From positions 128,001-192,000 of the forward strand of contig JAULAX010000017.1 in NCBI GenBank assembly GCA_032654565.1: DNA of 64,000 nt. Direction: 5' to 3'. How positions within the stretch are numbered: position 1 is the stretch's first letter; every line of letters starts with the position of its first letter. Below are positions 29,725 through 41,482 of the stretch, piece by piece. The notes under the pieces are model-generated. The model saw only the letters and a program-made list of their open reading frames with translations. It did no database searches and was not told where the DNA came from. The position numbers and the translations under genes are program-made. Source of the stretch: Anaeromyxobacteraceae bacterium (GTDB lineage Bacteria; Myxococcota; Myxococcia; Myxococcales; Anaeromyxobacteraceae).

Positions 29725-31530
29725 ATGGTCCGTGAACGCGTCATCGAGCTGGTCCGCGCCGCGCTGGTCCGTGGCGCCGCCGAGGGGAAGTGGCCGGAGG
29801 GCGAGGTCGGCTTCGCCGTCGACGCGCCGCGCGACCCGAAGCACGGCGACTTCGCCCTCAACGCCGCCATGGTGCTGGCCAAGCGCGCCGGCAAGCCGCC
29901 CCGCGAGCTGGCCACCGCCATCATCGAGGCGCTGCGCGCCGTCGACACCGCCGGCGACCTCGCCTCGCTCGAGGTGGCCGGGCCGGGCTTCATCAACCTG
30001 CGGCTCAACGCCGACCTCTGGCTGCGGGCGCTGCAGGGGGCGGTGGCCGCCGGCGCCGACTACGGCCGGACCGCGGTGGGGCAGGGGAAGAGCGTCATCG
30101 TCGAGTACGTCTCGGCCAACCCCACCGGCCCCATGCACGTGGGCCACGGCCGCAACGCCGTCACCGGCGACGGCGTGCAGAGCCTGCTGCGCTGGGCCGG
30201 CTACCACGTCACCCGCGAGTACTACCTCAACGACTACGGGGGGCAGGTCCAGACCCTGGCCCGATCGGTCCACCTGCGCTACCAGGAGGCGCTCGGCCGC
30301 ACCGTGGAGTTCCCGGCCAAGGGCTACCCGGGCGAGTACGTGAAGGAGATCGCGGCGGCGCTGGCGGCCGAGTTCGCCGGGAAGTACCTCGACCCCCCGG
30401 AGGCCGAGTGGCTCGACCTCTTCCGCGACCGGGCCGTGGCGCACGTGCTCGGCATGATCCGCGGCGACCTCGCCACCCTGCAGATCGAGTTCGACCGCTG
30501 GTCGTCGGAGAAGGCGCTCTACCAGTCGGGGACGGTGGAGCGGTTCATCAAGGACCTGGAGGCCCGCGACCTGGTCTACGTCGGCCAGCTGCCGCCGCCC
30601 AAGTCGAAGAAGGGGGCGCCGCCCCCGCCGCCCCCGCCGGCCGGGCCGGACGAGGAGGGGATGACCGCCACCGACCAGCTCACCCTCTTCCGCTCCTCCA
30701 GCTACGGCGACGAGGTGGACCGCCCGGTGAAGAAGGCCGACGGCACCCCCACCTACTTCTGCGCCGACATCGCCTACCACTGGGAGAAGCGGCAGCGCGC
30801 CGACCTGCTCATCGACGTGCTCGGCGCCGACCACGGCGGCTACGTGCCCCGGCTCAAGGCGGCCATGGAGGCGCTGGGCCACTCGCGCGACGACCTGCAC
30901 GTGGTGCTGATCCAGATGGTCAACCTGACCCGCGGCGGCGAGGCCGTGAAGATGGGCAAGCGCTCCGGCAACGTGGTCTGGCTGCGCGAGGTGGTCGAGG
31001 AGGTGGGCTGCGACGCCACCCGCTACCTCTTCCTCACCCGCCGCTCCGACGCCCCGCTCGACTTCGACCTGGAGCTGGCCAAGAAGCAGACGCTCGACAA
31101 CCCGGTCTTCTACGTCCAGTACGGCCACGCCCGGCTCCACGCCATCTTCCGCAAGGCGGCCGAGACCGGCGTGCCCCTGCCGACCTTCGACCTCGCCGAC
31201 GCCCGCACCCTCACCTCGCCGGAGGAGACCGACCTGCTCCGGCGCATCGCCGCCTTCCCCGACCTGCTGGCCGGAGCCGCCCAGGCCTTCGAGCCGCACC
31301 GGGTGGTCTTCTACCTGCAGGAGATCATCGCCGCCTTCCACTCCTGGTACTCGCAGGGGCGGCGCACCGGCGAGCGGGTGCTGGGGAGCGATCCGGCCCG
31401 CACCCGGGCCCGGCTCTTCCTCTGCCTGGGGCTGGCCCAGGTGCTGGCCAACGGCCTCTCGGTGCTGGGGGTCTCGGCGCCGCAGCGGATGGAGCTGCCG
31501 GAAACTGGCGATATCGCCGACGACGCCTAG
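29725..31530 (+). CDS. argS: Arginine--tRNA ligase
   Basis: EYVSANPTGPMHVGHGR, GADHGGY, KMGKR, YVQYGHAR. Confidence 0.97.
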   Translation: MVRERVIELVRAALVRGAAEGKWPEGEVGFAVDAPRDPKHGDFALNAAMVLAKRAGKPPRELATAIIEALRAVDTAGDLASLEVAGPGFINLRLNADLWLRALQGAVAAGADYGRTAVGQGKSVIVEYVSANPTGPMHVGHGRNAVTGDGVQSLLRWAGYHVTREYYLNDYGGQVQTLARSVHLRYQEALGRTVEFPAKGYPGEYVKEIAAALAAEFAGKYLDPPEAEWLDLFRDRAVAHVLGMIRGDLATLQIEFDRWSSEKALYQSGTVERFIKDLEARDLVYVGQLPPPKSKKGAPPPPPPPAGPDEEGMTATDQLTLFRSSSYGDEVDRPVKKADGTPTYFCADIAYHWEKRQRADLLIDVLGADHGGYVPRLKAAMEALGHSRDDLHVVLIQMVNLTRGGEAVKMGKRSGNVVWLREVVEEVGCDATRYLFLTRRSDAPLDFDLELAKKQTLDNPVFYVQYGHARLHAIFRKAAETGVPLPTFDLADARTLTSPEETDLLRRIAAFPDLLAGAAQAFEPHRVVFYLQEIIAAFHSWYSQGRRTGERVLGSDPARTRARLFLCLGLAQVLANGLSVLGVSAPQRMELPETGDIADDA

Positions 31531-31589
31531 ACTCGCCGCCAGCGCTGGAGACGTGGGCGAGCGGCCCGCGGCCGGCAGGCGGGTGGGTC

Positions 31590-32222
31590 ATGGACGGGGA
31601 GAACGGCAAGTTCAAGGAGCGGGTCGAGCTCTCGCTCGACGGGCGGCAGATCGCCTCGGTGGTGGTCGGGGCGCTGGTGCTGATGGGCGTGGTCTTCGTG
31701 CTCGGCCTCAACCTGGGCCGGCAGCTGACCGCCAAGCAGCTCGAGGCCACCCGCGGCGACGCCCTGGCGGCCCTCGACCGTCCGCCCCCGGCGCCGGCCG
31801 GCCCCATCTCCGACGACGCCCTCACCTTCCACGACCGGCTCACCAAGGACCGCCCGCCGCCGATCGAGGATCCGGCGCCGCGCCCCGCGCCGGTGGCCGC
31901 CGCGGCGCCGACCGGCGCGACCCCCGCCGCGCCGGTCGCAGGCAAGCCGTCCGCCGCAGCCCCGGCCGCCTCGCCGGCCACCGCCGGCGCCTTCACCGTG
32001 CAGCTGATCTCCACCACCAGCCGGGCCGAGGCCGACAAGCTGGCCGGCAAGGTCCAGGAGTTCGACCCCCGCGTCGAGGCCGCCGAGGTCTCCGGCAAGG
32101 GGCGGGTCTACCGGGTCCGGGTCGGCGCCTACGACTCCCGCGCCGAGGCCGAGAAGGCGCTCAAGTCGCTGTCGGCGCGCTCCGGGGCCAAGGGGATGGT
32201 CGTCACCCTGCGCCCCAAGTAG
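31590..32222 (+). CDS. SPOR-domain (FtsN-like) membrane protein
   Basis: N-terminal TM, Pro-rich linker, FTVQL...YRVRVGAY; common position after argS. Confidence 0.85.
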   Translation: MDGENGKFKERVELSLDGRQIASVVVGALVLMGVVFVLGLNLGRQLTAKQLEATRGDALAALDRPPPAPAGPISDDALTFHDRLTKDRPPPIEDPAPRPAPVAAAAPTGATPAAPVAGKPSAAAPAASPATAGAFTVQLISTTSRAEADKLAGKVQEFDPRVEAAEVSGKGRVYRVRVGAYDSRAEAEKALKSLSARSGAKGMVVTLRPK

Positions 32223-32233
32223 AGTCCCTGCGC

Positions 32234-32587
32234 ATGAGCCTCTTCGAGCAGCCGAAGCGCGTCGAGAAGCCCTGGGGCTACGAGCTCTGGTGGGCCCAGT
32301 CGGAGAAGTACGTGGGCAAGCTGCTCCACGTGAAGGCCGGCTTCCAGCTCTCGCTCCAGTACCACCTGAAGAAGGACGAGACCATCCACCTCGCCGCCGG
32401 CCAGATGGTGCTGGTGCTGAAGCAGGGCGAGGCGCTGGTGGAGCACGTCATGAAGGTGGGCGAGAGCTACCGGGTGCGTCCCGGCACCGTCCACCGGATG
32501 CGGGCCATCACCGACGTCGACGTCTGGGAGGTCTCCACGCCCGAGGTCGACGACGTGGTCCGGGTGCAGGACGACTACGGGCGCTGA
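32234..32587 (+). CDS. Cupin (mannose-6-phosphate isomerase type II C-terminal-like)
   Basis: KPWG, LSLQYH..KDE, HR, EVSTPE.DDVVR..DDYGR. Confidence 0.85.
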   Translation: MSLFEQPKRVEKPWGYELWWAQSEKYVGKLLHVKAGFQLSLQYHLKKDETIHLAAGQMVLVLKQGEALVEHVMKVGESYRVRPGTVHRMRAITDVDVWEVSTPEVDDVVRVQDDYGR

Positions 32588-32603
32588 CCCGCTCCAGCCC
32601 CGC

Positions 32604-32879
32604 CTACCGCCCCGCCAGCAGCAGCCCCAGCGCCGCCGCCAGCCCCACCGCGGCCGCCAGCACCGTCAGGATCCAGCGCGAGCCCCCCTGGCGGTGACGG
32701 GTCCCGGACAGCGCCGGCATCTCCCCGGCGCGCTCCCAGCGCTCCGCGGTCTCCTGCTTGACCAGGTCGTCGTCGGCCAGGAACCCCTGCTCGTAGAGGG
32801 CGTGCAGGTCGGCGAGCGACGGCACCACCAGCTCGCGCCCCGCGGGGTCGCGCACCAGGTAGCGGCGGGGCGGCCTCAC
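32604..32879 (-). CDS. Small membrane protein, GYF_2-like
   Basis: GTG overlaps the upstream stop; L..LY..G.L..DDLV...W..AG..PAL, C-terminal TM. Confidence 0.55.
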   Translation of the reverse strand: MRPPRRYLVRDPAGRELVVPSLADLHALYEQGFLADDDLVKQETAERWERAGEMPALSGTRHRQGGSRWILTVLAAAVGLAAALGLLLAGR

Positions 32880-34471
32880 GCCGGCCCCAGCTCGGCGGCG
32901 ATGGCCTCGGCCACCTTGAGCCCGTCCACCGCCGAGGAGACGATGCCCCCGGCGTAGCCGGCCCCCTCGCCGCAGGGGTAGACGCCGCGCAGCGCCGGCG
33001 AGTGGAAGTCGGCCCCGCGCACCAGCCGGCAGGGGGAGCTGGTGCGGGTCTCGACGCCGATCAGCACCGCCTCGTCGGTGACGAAGCCGCGCATCCGCTT
33101 GTCGAAGGCGCGCAGCCCGGCCCGCAGCGCCGCCTTGACCGAGGCCGGGTAGAGCGGCTCCAGGTCGGCGTGGGTGAGGCCGGGGCGGTAGCTGGAGCGC
33201 CCCGGCGCCGCCCCCGGCTTCCCCGCCAGCCAGGCGGCCAGCCGCTGCGCCGGCGCCTTGAAGCCCCCGCCACCCAGGGTGAAGGCGGCCCGCTCCCACT
33301 TGCGCTGCCACTCCAGGCCGGCCAGCGGCCCCAGGAACCCCTCGGCGGCGAAGTCGTCGGGGCCGACCGCCGCCACCATGCCGGCGTTGGCCAGCGGCGA
33401 GGAGCGGTGCGAGTTGGACATGCCGTTGGTGCAGAGCTGCCCCGGCTCGGTGGGGGTGGGCACCACCACGCCGCCCGGGCACATGCAGAAGGAGAAGACG
33501 CCGCGCGGCGCCGCCCCGCCCAGCCTGGGGTTGTCGGCCAGCTTGTAGTCGGCGGGGGGGAGCCGGGGGTGGCGCGTGCCGCCGCCGTACTGGATGGAGT
33601 CGATGAGCGGCTGCGGGTGCTCGGCGCGGAAGCCGACCGCGAAGGGCTTCGACTCGATGGGCCAGCCGCGGGCGGCGAAGAGCTCGAAGAGCTCGCGCGC
33701 CGAGTTGCCGGGCGCCAGGATGAGCCGGTCGGAGTCGAGGGTGCGGCCGTCGGCCAGCCGCAGCCCGCAGAAGCGCCCCTCCCTGAGCTCCAGGTCGACG
33801 GCGCGCGCCCCCCAGTGGAACTCGCAGCCGCCGCGGGTCAGCTCCTCGACCATGGCCGAGATGGCCGAGGGCAGCACGTCGGAGCCGACGTGCGGCTTCC
33901 CCTCGGCGAGGATGCGGGTCACCCCGCCGAAGCGGGCGAAGAGCTCCACCACGGTGCGGACCGCCGGGTGGTGGATGCCGGTGCCGAGCTTGCCGTCGGT
34001 GTAGGCGCCGGCGCCCCCCTCGCCGAAGTTCATGTTCGACTCGGGGTCGAGGGTGCCGTCGCGCATCAGCGCCGCCACGTCGCGGCGCCGCGGCCCCACG
34101 GTGCGCCCGCGGTCGACGACGATGGAGGGGACGCCGCGCTCCAGCAACCCCCAGGCGCAGAAGAGGCCGGCCGGGCCGGCGCCGAGGATGATGGGGCGGG
34201 CGGCCGGGGCGCGGGCGCGCGGGGGCGGGCCGGGCGGCGCCGGGGCGGGGAGCACGTCGGACGGCGGCGTGGGCAGCGCGCCGTCCAGCGTCACCTCCAG
34301 GCTGACCAGCCAGCGGGGCTGCCCCTTCTTGCGGGCGTCGAGCGAGCGGCGCAGCACCACCACGTCGCGCAGCGCCGCGGGGGCCACCGAGAGCCGCTCG
34401 GCGGCCCGGCGCCGCAGCGTCTCGTCGTCCTCGTCGAGCCGCTGGGGAAGGTTCTGGATCCGGTAGCGCAT
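32876..34471 (-). CDS. FAD-dependent oxidoreductase (COG2509-like)
   Basis: GAGPAG, FGEGGAG.Y.DGKL, FCMCPGG, GEGAGYAGGI.SSAVDG. Confidence 0.9.
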   Translation of the reverse strand: MRYRIQNLPQRLDEDDETLRRRAAERLSVAPAALRDVVVLRRSLDARKKGQPRWLVSLEVTLDGALPTPPSDVLPAPAPPGPPPRARAPAARPIILGAGPAGLFCAWGLLERGVPSIVVDRGRTVGPRRRDVAALMRDGTLDPESNMNFGEGGAGAYTDGKLGTGIHHPAVRTVVELFARFGGVTRILAEGKPHVGSDVLPSAISAMVEELTRGGCEFHWGARAVDLELREGRFCGLRLADGRTLDSDRLILAPGNSARELFELFAARGWPIESKPFAVGFRAEHPQPLIDSIQYGGGTRHPRLPPADYKLADNPRLGGAAPRGVFSFCMCPGGVVVPTPTEPGQLCTNGMSNSHRSSPLANAGMVAAVGPDDFAAEGFLGPLAGLEWQRKWERAAFTLGGGGFKAPAQRLAAWLAGKPGAAPGRSSYRPGLTHADLEPLYPASVKAALRAGLRAFDKRMRGFVTDEAVLIGVETRTSSPCRLVRGADFHSPALRGVYPCGEGAGYAGGIVSSAVDGLKVAEAIAAELGPA

Positions 34472-34713
34472 GAGGTTCTTCAGGAACGGCGGGGACTCAG
34501 GGAGGCGTGAAGGGCGGTACGCACCATGGACAGGGCACAGCGTTCATTTCGCGTACTCACCTACGCACCGGTCAGCCTACAGAGGAAGCCCGCTCGACGC
34601 CAACCCTTCGATATCACGGCAGAACCCCACGACCCCTCCGGGTTGGTCCGCAGCTTGCTTTGCTCCCAGCCATCGTCACACCGCGGTGGCCCGCTCCCCC
34701 TGGAGACCTCCAC

Positions 34714-34926
34714 ATGGTACCAGCCAAGCTCGACGTCAAGGGTACACAGATCCTCGCCAGGACGCTCTTCAAGGAGCTGCGCGGCAGCGGCTACACCGCC
34801 AACCAGATCCTCGGGCTCTCCACCGAGCTCATCGATCTGGTCACCAAGGACCTCAAGTCGGACCAGTCGTCGCACCTCGCCGCGGTCGACTCCCCGCCCG
34901 GCGAGGGCTGGCGCGCGGCGCTCTAG
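34714..34926 (+). CDS. Small hypothetical protein (70 aa)
   Basis: GGAG RBS before ATG 34714; GC3-rich codon usage; helical ILARTLFKELR.SGYT.NQI. Confidence 0.65.
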   Translation: MVPAKLDVKGTQILARTLFKELRGSGYTANQILGLSTELIDLVTKDLKSDQSSHLAAVDSPPGEGWRAAL

Positions 34927-35035
34927 GCCGCCGTCCCCGGCCAACTTTCACGCAGCGAGAAGTACCGAGAAGTGGACGGCGCTCCCCCCCGGGCGCCGTT
35001 CGCTTTTGGGGGCCGGGGAGCGGCCGGCGGCCACG

Positions 35036-35064
35036 TTGACACCCCCGGGCGCTGCAAGTAGCTT
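35036..35064 (+). promoter_or_regulatory. Putative sigma70 promoter of the gap operon
   Basis: TTGACA-17 nt-TAGCTT. Confidence 0.55.
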
Positions 35065-35106
35065 GGCCGCCCCATTCTTGACCCCTGCGGGGGGAGGACT
35101 CCAGCC

Positions 35107-36114
35107 ATGGCGCGCATTGCTATCAACGGTTTCGGTCGCATCGGCCGCTGCATCCTGCGGGCGGCGATCGAGCGCGGCGAGAAGGACCTCGAGTTCGTCT
35201 CCATCAACGACCTGACCGACACCAAGACCCTGGCCCACCTGCTCAAGTACGACTCGGTCCACGGGGTGCTCGAGGCCGAGGTCAAGGCCACCGCCACCGG
35301 CATCCTGGTCAACGGCAAGGAGATCCAGGTCACCGCCATCAAGAGCCCGGCCGAGCTGCCGCACGCCGCCAACAAGGTCGACCTGGCGCTGGAGTGCACC
35401 GGCCTGTTCACCGCCCGTGAGAAGGCCGAGACCCACCTGGCCGCCGGCGCCCCCCGCGTGCTGATCTCGGCGCCGGCCACCAACCCGGACATCACCATCG
35501 CCTTCGGCATCAACCACCTGGCCTACGACGCCGCCAAGCACAAGATCGTCTCCAACGCCTCCTGCACCACCAACTGCCTGACCCCGGTGGCCAAGGTGCT
35601 GCTGGAGGGCTTCGGCATCAAGCGCGGCCTGATGACCACCATCCACAGCTACACCAACGACCAGAACCTGCTCGACCTGCCGCACAAGGACCTGCGCCGG
35701 GCCCGGGCCGCTGCCCTCTCCATGATCCCGTCCACCACCGGCGCCGCCAAGGCGGTGGCCGAGGTGATCCCGGCGCTCAAGGGCAAGCTGCACGGCACCT
35801 CGATCCGGGTGCCGACCCCCAACGTCTCGCTGGTCGACCTGACCGTGGAGCTGGAGAAGGACACCACCAAGGAGGAGATCAACGCCGCCTTCAAGGCCGC
35901 GGCGGCCGGCCCGCTCAAGGGCGTGCTGCTCTACTCCGAGGACCCCACCGTCTCCATCGACTACAACGGCAACCCCCACAGCGCCATCTTCGACGCCACC
36001 AACACCTTCGTGCTCGGCGACAAGGGGAACTTCGCCAAGGTGTTCGCCTGGTACGACAACGAGTGGGGCTTCTCCAACCGCATGGTCGACATGGCCAGGC
36101 ACCTCACCCGCTAG
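35107..36114 (+). CDS. gap: Glyceraldehyde-3-phosphate dehydrogenase, type I
   Basis: [24 protein letters not shown]. Confidence 0.98.
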   Translation: MARIAINGFGRIGRCILRAAIERGEKDLEFVSINDLTDTKTLAHLLKYDSVHGVLEAEVKATATGILVNGKEIQVTAIKSPAELPHAANKVDLALECTGLFTAREKAETHLAAGAPRVLISAPATNPDITIAFGINHLAYDAAKHKIVSNASCTTNCLTPVAKVLLEGFGIKRGLMTTIHSYTNDQNLLDLPHKDLRRARAAALSMIPSTTGAAKAVAEVIPALKGKLHGTSIRVPTPNVSLVDLTVELEKDTTKEEINAAFKAAAAGPLKGVLLYSEDPTVSIDYNGNPHSAIFDATNTFVLGDKGNFAKVFAWYDNEWGFSNRMVDMARHLTR

Positions 36115-36138
36115 CCGCCGACCACGAGAGGGAGGCCC

Positions 36139-37329
<1,191 letters not shown>

Positions 37330-37331
37330 CC

Positions 37332-38086
<755 letters not shown>

Positions 38087-38090
<4 letters not shown>

Positions 38091-38425
38091 TTACCCTCGT
38101 CACCATCCTGCACATCTTCGTCTGCATCTTCCTCATCCTCATCATCCTGCTCCAGGCGGGCAAGGGCGGCGGCATGGGGGCGGCCTTCGGCGGCGCCGGC
38201 GCGCAGACCGTCTTCGGCGGCCGCGGGGCCCAGACCTTCCTCGGCAAGGTCACCAGCGTCAGCGCCTTCATCTTCATGCTGACCTCGCTGACCCTGGCCT
38301 ACAACTCGTCGAAGACCAAGTCGGTGATCGACGCCCACGCCCCGGCGGCGCAGACGGCGCCGGCCCCGGCCGCCCCGGCGGCGCCGGCCTCGACGCCCGC
38401 TCCCGCTCCCGCTCCCGCCAAGTAG
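38087..38425 (+). CDS. secG: Preprotein translocase subunit SecG
   Basis: ILLQ.GKG.GMG.AFGG, two TM helices, follows tpiA. Confidence 0.95.
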
Positions 38426-38458
38426 GCGTCGGCGCTGGCCCGGCCCGGGCCGCGGTGC

Positions 38459-38494
38459 AAAGAAAAAGGGACCCGGCGCTGGCCGGGTCCCTTT
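38459..38494. terminator. Bidirectional intrinsic terminator between secG and tRNA-Leu
   Basis: AAAGGGACCCGGC-gctg-GCCGGGTCCCTTT with a flanking A-tract. Confidence 0.8.
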
Positions 38495-38505
38495 CGCTTC
38501 TCGAG

Positions 38506-38587
38506 TGCCCAGGGCGGGATTCGAACCCGCACGCCTTACGGCGCCACCCCCTCAAGATGGTGTGTCTACCAGTTTCACCACCTGGGC
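38506..38587 (-). tRNA. tRNA-Leu(GAG), CCA not encoded
   Basis: Reverse complement GCCCAGG...CCATC-TTGAGGG-GGTGG, long variable arm, GTTCGAATC, CCTGGGC-A. Confidence 0.95.
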
Positions 38588-38708
38588 TTGAAGCGGCGTC
38601 GGTATGTAGCAGAGGCCCGGGGTGGCTGCAAGCGCGGGCCGGCCCCCGGATCGCGAAAGGGGGCCGGTCCGAACCGGGCTAGAATCGCCCCTCCCAGGGA
38701 GGCGCACC

Positions 38709-39083
38709 ATGACCCGGCCGCTCGTCATCTTCCTCTCCGCCAGCGGGTGGCCGGAGCGCTACCAGGCGGTGATGCTGGCGGTCACCGCGGCGTCGCTGGG
38801 CGACCCGGTCACCGTGGTCCTGGCCTTCGAGCCGCTGCGCGCCTTCGTGGAGGGGCGCTTCGAGGAGGGGGCGCCCGCCACCGTGGCCGCGGCCCGGGTG
38901 CCGCCGCTGGCGGAGACGCTGGGCGAGGCGCGGCGCGAGCTGGGGCTGCGGCTGGTGGCCTGCGAGACGGCGGTGCGGCTGGCCGGGCTCGACCCCGGGG
39001 TGGTGGCCGGGGTGCTCGACGGCCTCGAGCCGCTCCCCTCGCTCTGGCGGCTGGCGCAGCAGGGGCGGGCGCTCCACTTCTAG
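38709..39083 (+). CDS. DsrE/DsrF-like protein
   Basis: VIFL...A.TAASLG..V.V...ACETA; single Cys. Confidence 0.65.
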   Translation: MTRPLVIFLSASGWPERYQAVMLAVTAASLGDPVTVVLAFEPLRAFVEGRFEEGAPATVAAARVPPLAETLGEARRELGLRLVACETAVRLAGLDPGVVAGVLDGLEPLPSLWRLAQQGRALHF

Positions 39084-39134
39084 GGGAGGCCGCCGTTGCC
39101 CCGTTCCCGTGGCGCGGGCTATGACCGGGGCGCG

Positions 39135-39881
39135 ATGGACCTCTCGAGGAAGAGCGCGCTGGTGATCGGCGCCGGCGGCCTGGGTGGCCCGGCGCTGCTC
39201 ACCCTGGCGGCGGGCGGCGTCGGCCGGCTGGTGGTGATCGACGACGACGTGGTCGAGAGCTCCAACCTCAACCGGCAGCCGCTCTTCGGCGAGGCCGACC
39301 TCGGCCAGCCCAAGGCGGCGGTGGCGGCGGCCCGGCTGCGGGCGCTCCACCCGGCCCTGCAGGTGACGCCGCTGGCCCGCCGCTTCGACGCCGGCGAGGC
39401 GCTGGCGCTGGCGGCCGACGTCGACGTGCTGGTCGACGGCTCGGACAACTTCGCCACCAAGTTCCTCGCCAGCGACGCCGCGCTGCAGGCCGGCAAGCCG
39501 CTGGTCCACGGCGGCGTGCTGCGCACCTCGCTGCAGGTCCTCTCGGTGGTGCCGGGCTTCTCCGGCTGCGTCCGCTGCCTCTTCGAGGCGCCGCCGCCGC
39601 CCGGGCAGGTGCCGTCCTGCGCCGAGGCCGGCATCGTCGGCGCCCTCTCCGGCTTCGCCGGCGGGCTGATGGGGGCGGAGGCGCTGCGGCTGCTGGCCGG
39701 CGAGCGCGGCGCCTACACCGGGCGGCTCTTCGTCTTCGAGGCCCGCACCGGCCGCGGCCGGCTGGTGCTGGTCCGCCGCCGCCCCGGCTGCCCGGCCTGC
39801 GCCGGCACCCAGCCGCTCGAGTCGACGCGGCCACCCGGCCCGGCCGACTGCGCCAGCTCCCCGGGAGGGCCCACGCCATGA
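39135..39881 (+). CDS. MoeB/ThiF-family adenylyltransferase (E1-like)
   Basis: GAGGLG, DDDVVE.SNLNRQ, DGSDNF, CVRC, PSCAEAG, CPAC. Confidence 0.92.
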   Translation: MDLSRKSALVIGAGGLGGPALLTLAAGGVGRLVVIDDDVVESSNLNRQPLFGEADLGQPKAAVAAARLRALHPALQVTPLARRFDAGEALALAADVDVLVDGSDNFATKFLASDAALQAGKPLVHGGVLRTSLQVLSVVPGFSGCVRCLFEAPPPPGQVPSCAEAGIVGALSGFAGGLMGAEALRLLAGERGAYTGRLFVFEARTGRGRLVLVRRRPGCPACAGTQPLESTRPPGPADCASSPGGPTP

Positions 39882-40150
39882 GCGAGTTCCGCATCGCCTC
39901 GGCGATGATCGACGTCCGCGACGTCTCCTGCCCCATCACCTGGGTGCGGACCCGGATCGCCCTGGAGAAGGTGGGGCTGGGCGAGCTGGTGGTGGTGCTG
40001 CTGCAGGAGGGCGAGCCGCTGCGCAACGTCCCGGCCAGCGCCCGCGAGGATGGGCACCGGGTGGTCTCGCTGCAGCCGCTCGAGGACGAGGGGCCGGGGA
40101 CCTGGGAGGTGGTGCTGGAGAAGGGGGCGCCGCCGCCGGCGCTGCCCTGA
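39878..40150 (+). CDS. TusA/SirA-family sulfurtransferase
   Basis: IDVRDVSCPI motif; ATGA overlap with the upstream gene. Confidence 0.85.
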   Translation: MSEFRIASAMIDVRDVSCPITWVRTRIALEKVGLGELVVVLLQEGEPLRNVPASAREDGHRVVSLQPLEDEGPGTWEVVLEKGAPPPALP

Positions 40151-40161
40151 GGAGACCCGCC

Positions 40162-40908
40162 ATGCCTGTCACCCCGTCCGCCCCGTCGACCACGCCCCGC
40201 GACCAGCTCGACGGCCCGCGCATCGCCCGCTGGGCCCGCCAGCTGCTGGTCCCCGGCTTCGGCGCCGCCGGGCAGGAGCGGCTGCTGGCGGCCCGGATCC
40301 GGGTGGTGGGGGCGGGTGGGGTGGCCACCCCGGCGCTGGTGGCGCTGGCCCAGGCCGGCGCCGGCACCCTCTGGCTCGACGATCCCGAGCCGGTCGGGCC
40401 GGAGGACCTGCTGGGCTGGCTCTACACCCCGGCCGACGTGGGGCGGCCGCGCGCCGCGGTGGCGGTGGCGGCGCTGGCCGGGCTCTCCCGCTTCATCAAG
40501 GTGGCCCCGTACCCGGCGGGTGGGGCGCCGTCGGCGACGCTCATCTGCGTGGCCTCGGCGGCGCTGGCGCTGGAGGCGGCCGAGGTGGCGCGGCGCGGGA
40601 AGATCCCGCACGTGGTGCTGGAGCTGGACGGCGAGGCCGGGCAGCTGGTCTCGGTCCCGCCCGGCGCCCCCTGCTTCGCCTGCGGCCGCTTCACCGCCGC
40701 CGGGGAGCGACCGCCGGTGGCCGCCTCGCTGGCGCTGGCCTCGCTGGCGGCGCAGGAGCTGCTGCGGCTGGTGGTGGAGCCGGAGGTGAAGGAGGGCCGG
40801 CGCTTCGACGTGGTGCGCGGGGTGCCTGGGGTGCGGGCCACGCAGCGGCTCCCCGGGTGCGTCTGCGGCCAGACCGGGACCACGAGTGAAGCGCCCGCCG
40901 GACCCTGA
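40162..40908 (+). CDS. Degenerate ThiF/MoeB-family protein
   Basis: RWARQL...FG..GQERL, GAGGVA, PCFAC; lacks SNLxRQ and the catalytic Cys loop. Confidence 0.75.
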   Translation: MPVTPSAPSTTPRDQLDGPRIARWARQLLVPGFGAAGQERLLAARIRVVGAGGVATPALVALAQAGAGTLWLDDPEPVGPEDLLGWLYTPADVGRPRAAVAVAALAGLSRFIKVAPYPAGGAPSATLICVASAALALEAAEVARRGKIPHVVLELDGEAGQLVSVPPGAPCFACGRFTAAGERPPVAASLALASLAAQELLRLVVEPEVKEGRRFDVVRGVPGVRATQRLPGCVCGQTGTTSEAPAGP

Positions 40909-41368
40909 GGCGCCCCGCGAGGCGGACCTGGTCGCGGGCCGCACCTGGCCGGTGGAGCGGCTGGTGGCGCTGGCCGAAGGCTCGCCCGGGGCCGAGGTCT
41001 GCGGGCTGCTGGTGCGCGGCGAGGCGGGAGAGGTGGAGCCCTGGCCGGTGCCCAACGTCTCGCCCACCCCGGTGCGGTCCTTCGAGCTCTCGCCGCTGGC
41101 GCTGCTCGACGCCCTGCGCCGGCTCGACCGCGGCGGGGGACTGCTGGTGGGGGTCTACCACTCCCACCTGGGGGGCGGCGCCGGGCTCTCGGCGCGTGAC
41201 CTGGAGGGGGCGCTGGTCGATGGAACCCCCGTCCTGCGCGGGTGCGCGCAGGTGGTGGTGGCGCTCGAGAAGGGGCGGGCGACGGTGGTCCGGGCCCACG
41301 GCTGGAACGGTCAGTGCTTCCAACCCGACGACGTCTGGCGCCGGCCCCTGACTCCCCCGTCAGGGTGA
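40886..41368 (+). CDS. JAB/MPN (Mov34) metalloprotease
   Basis: EVCGLL...YHSH......LS.RD. Confidence 0.85.
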   Translation: MKRPPDPEAPREADLVAGRTWPVERLVALAEGSPGAEVCGLLVRGEAGEVEPWPVPNVSPTPVRSFELSPLALLDALRRLDRGGGLLVGVYHSHLGGGAGLSARDLEGALVDGTPVLRGCAQVVVALEKGRATVVRAHGWNGQCFQPDDVWRRPLTPPSG

Positions 41369-41426
41369 AAATCTCCTAACCTGCCGACAGAACGCGGGAA
41401 ATCGAACCCCGACCTGCGAACTCCAC

Positions 41427-41455
41427 TTGGATTGGGGGCGCCGGCGGGGTATACT
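41427..41455 (+). promoter_or_regulatory. Putative sigma70 promoter of cysC
   Basis: TTGGAT-17 nt-TATACT. Confidence 0.55.
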
Positions 41456-41482
41456 ATCTGTTCACCCCGTTCCGAGGTCTGC

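Noticed and set aside
30589..30660. Poly-proline insertion in ArgS as a novel domain
   Set aside because: Short low-complexity expansion in a variable loop; the catalytic motifs are normal.
38709..41368. Anti-phage ubiquitin-like system (CBASS Cap2/Cap3 or Bil)
   Set aside because: No E2, CD-NTase or effector; TusA/DsrE context and host-like codon usage point to sulfur metabolism.
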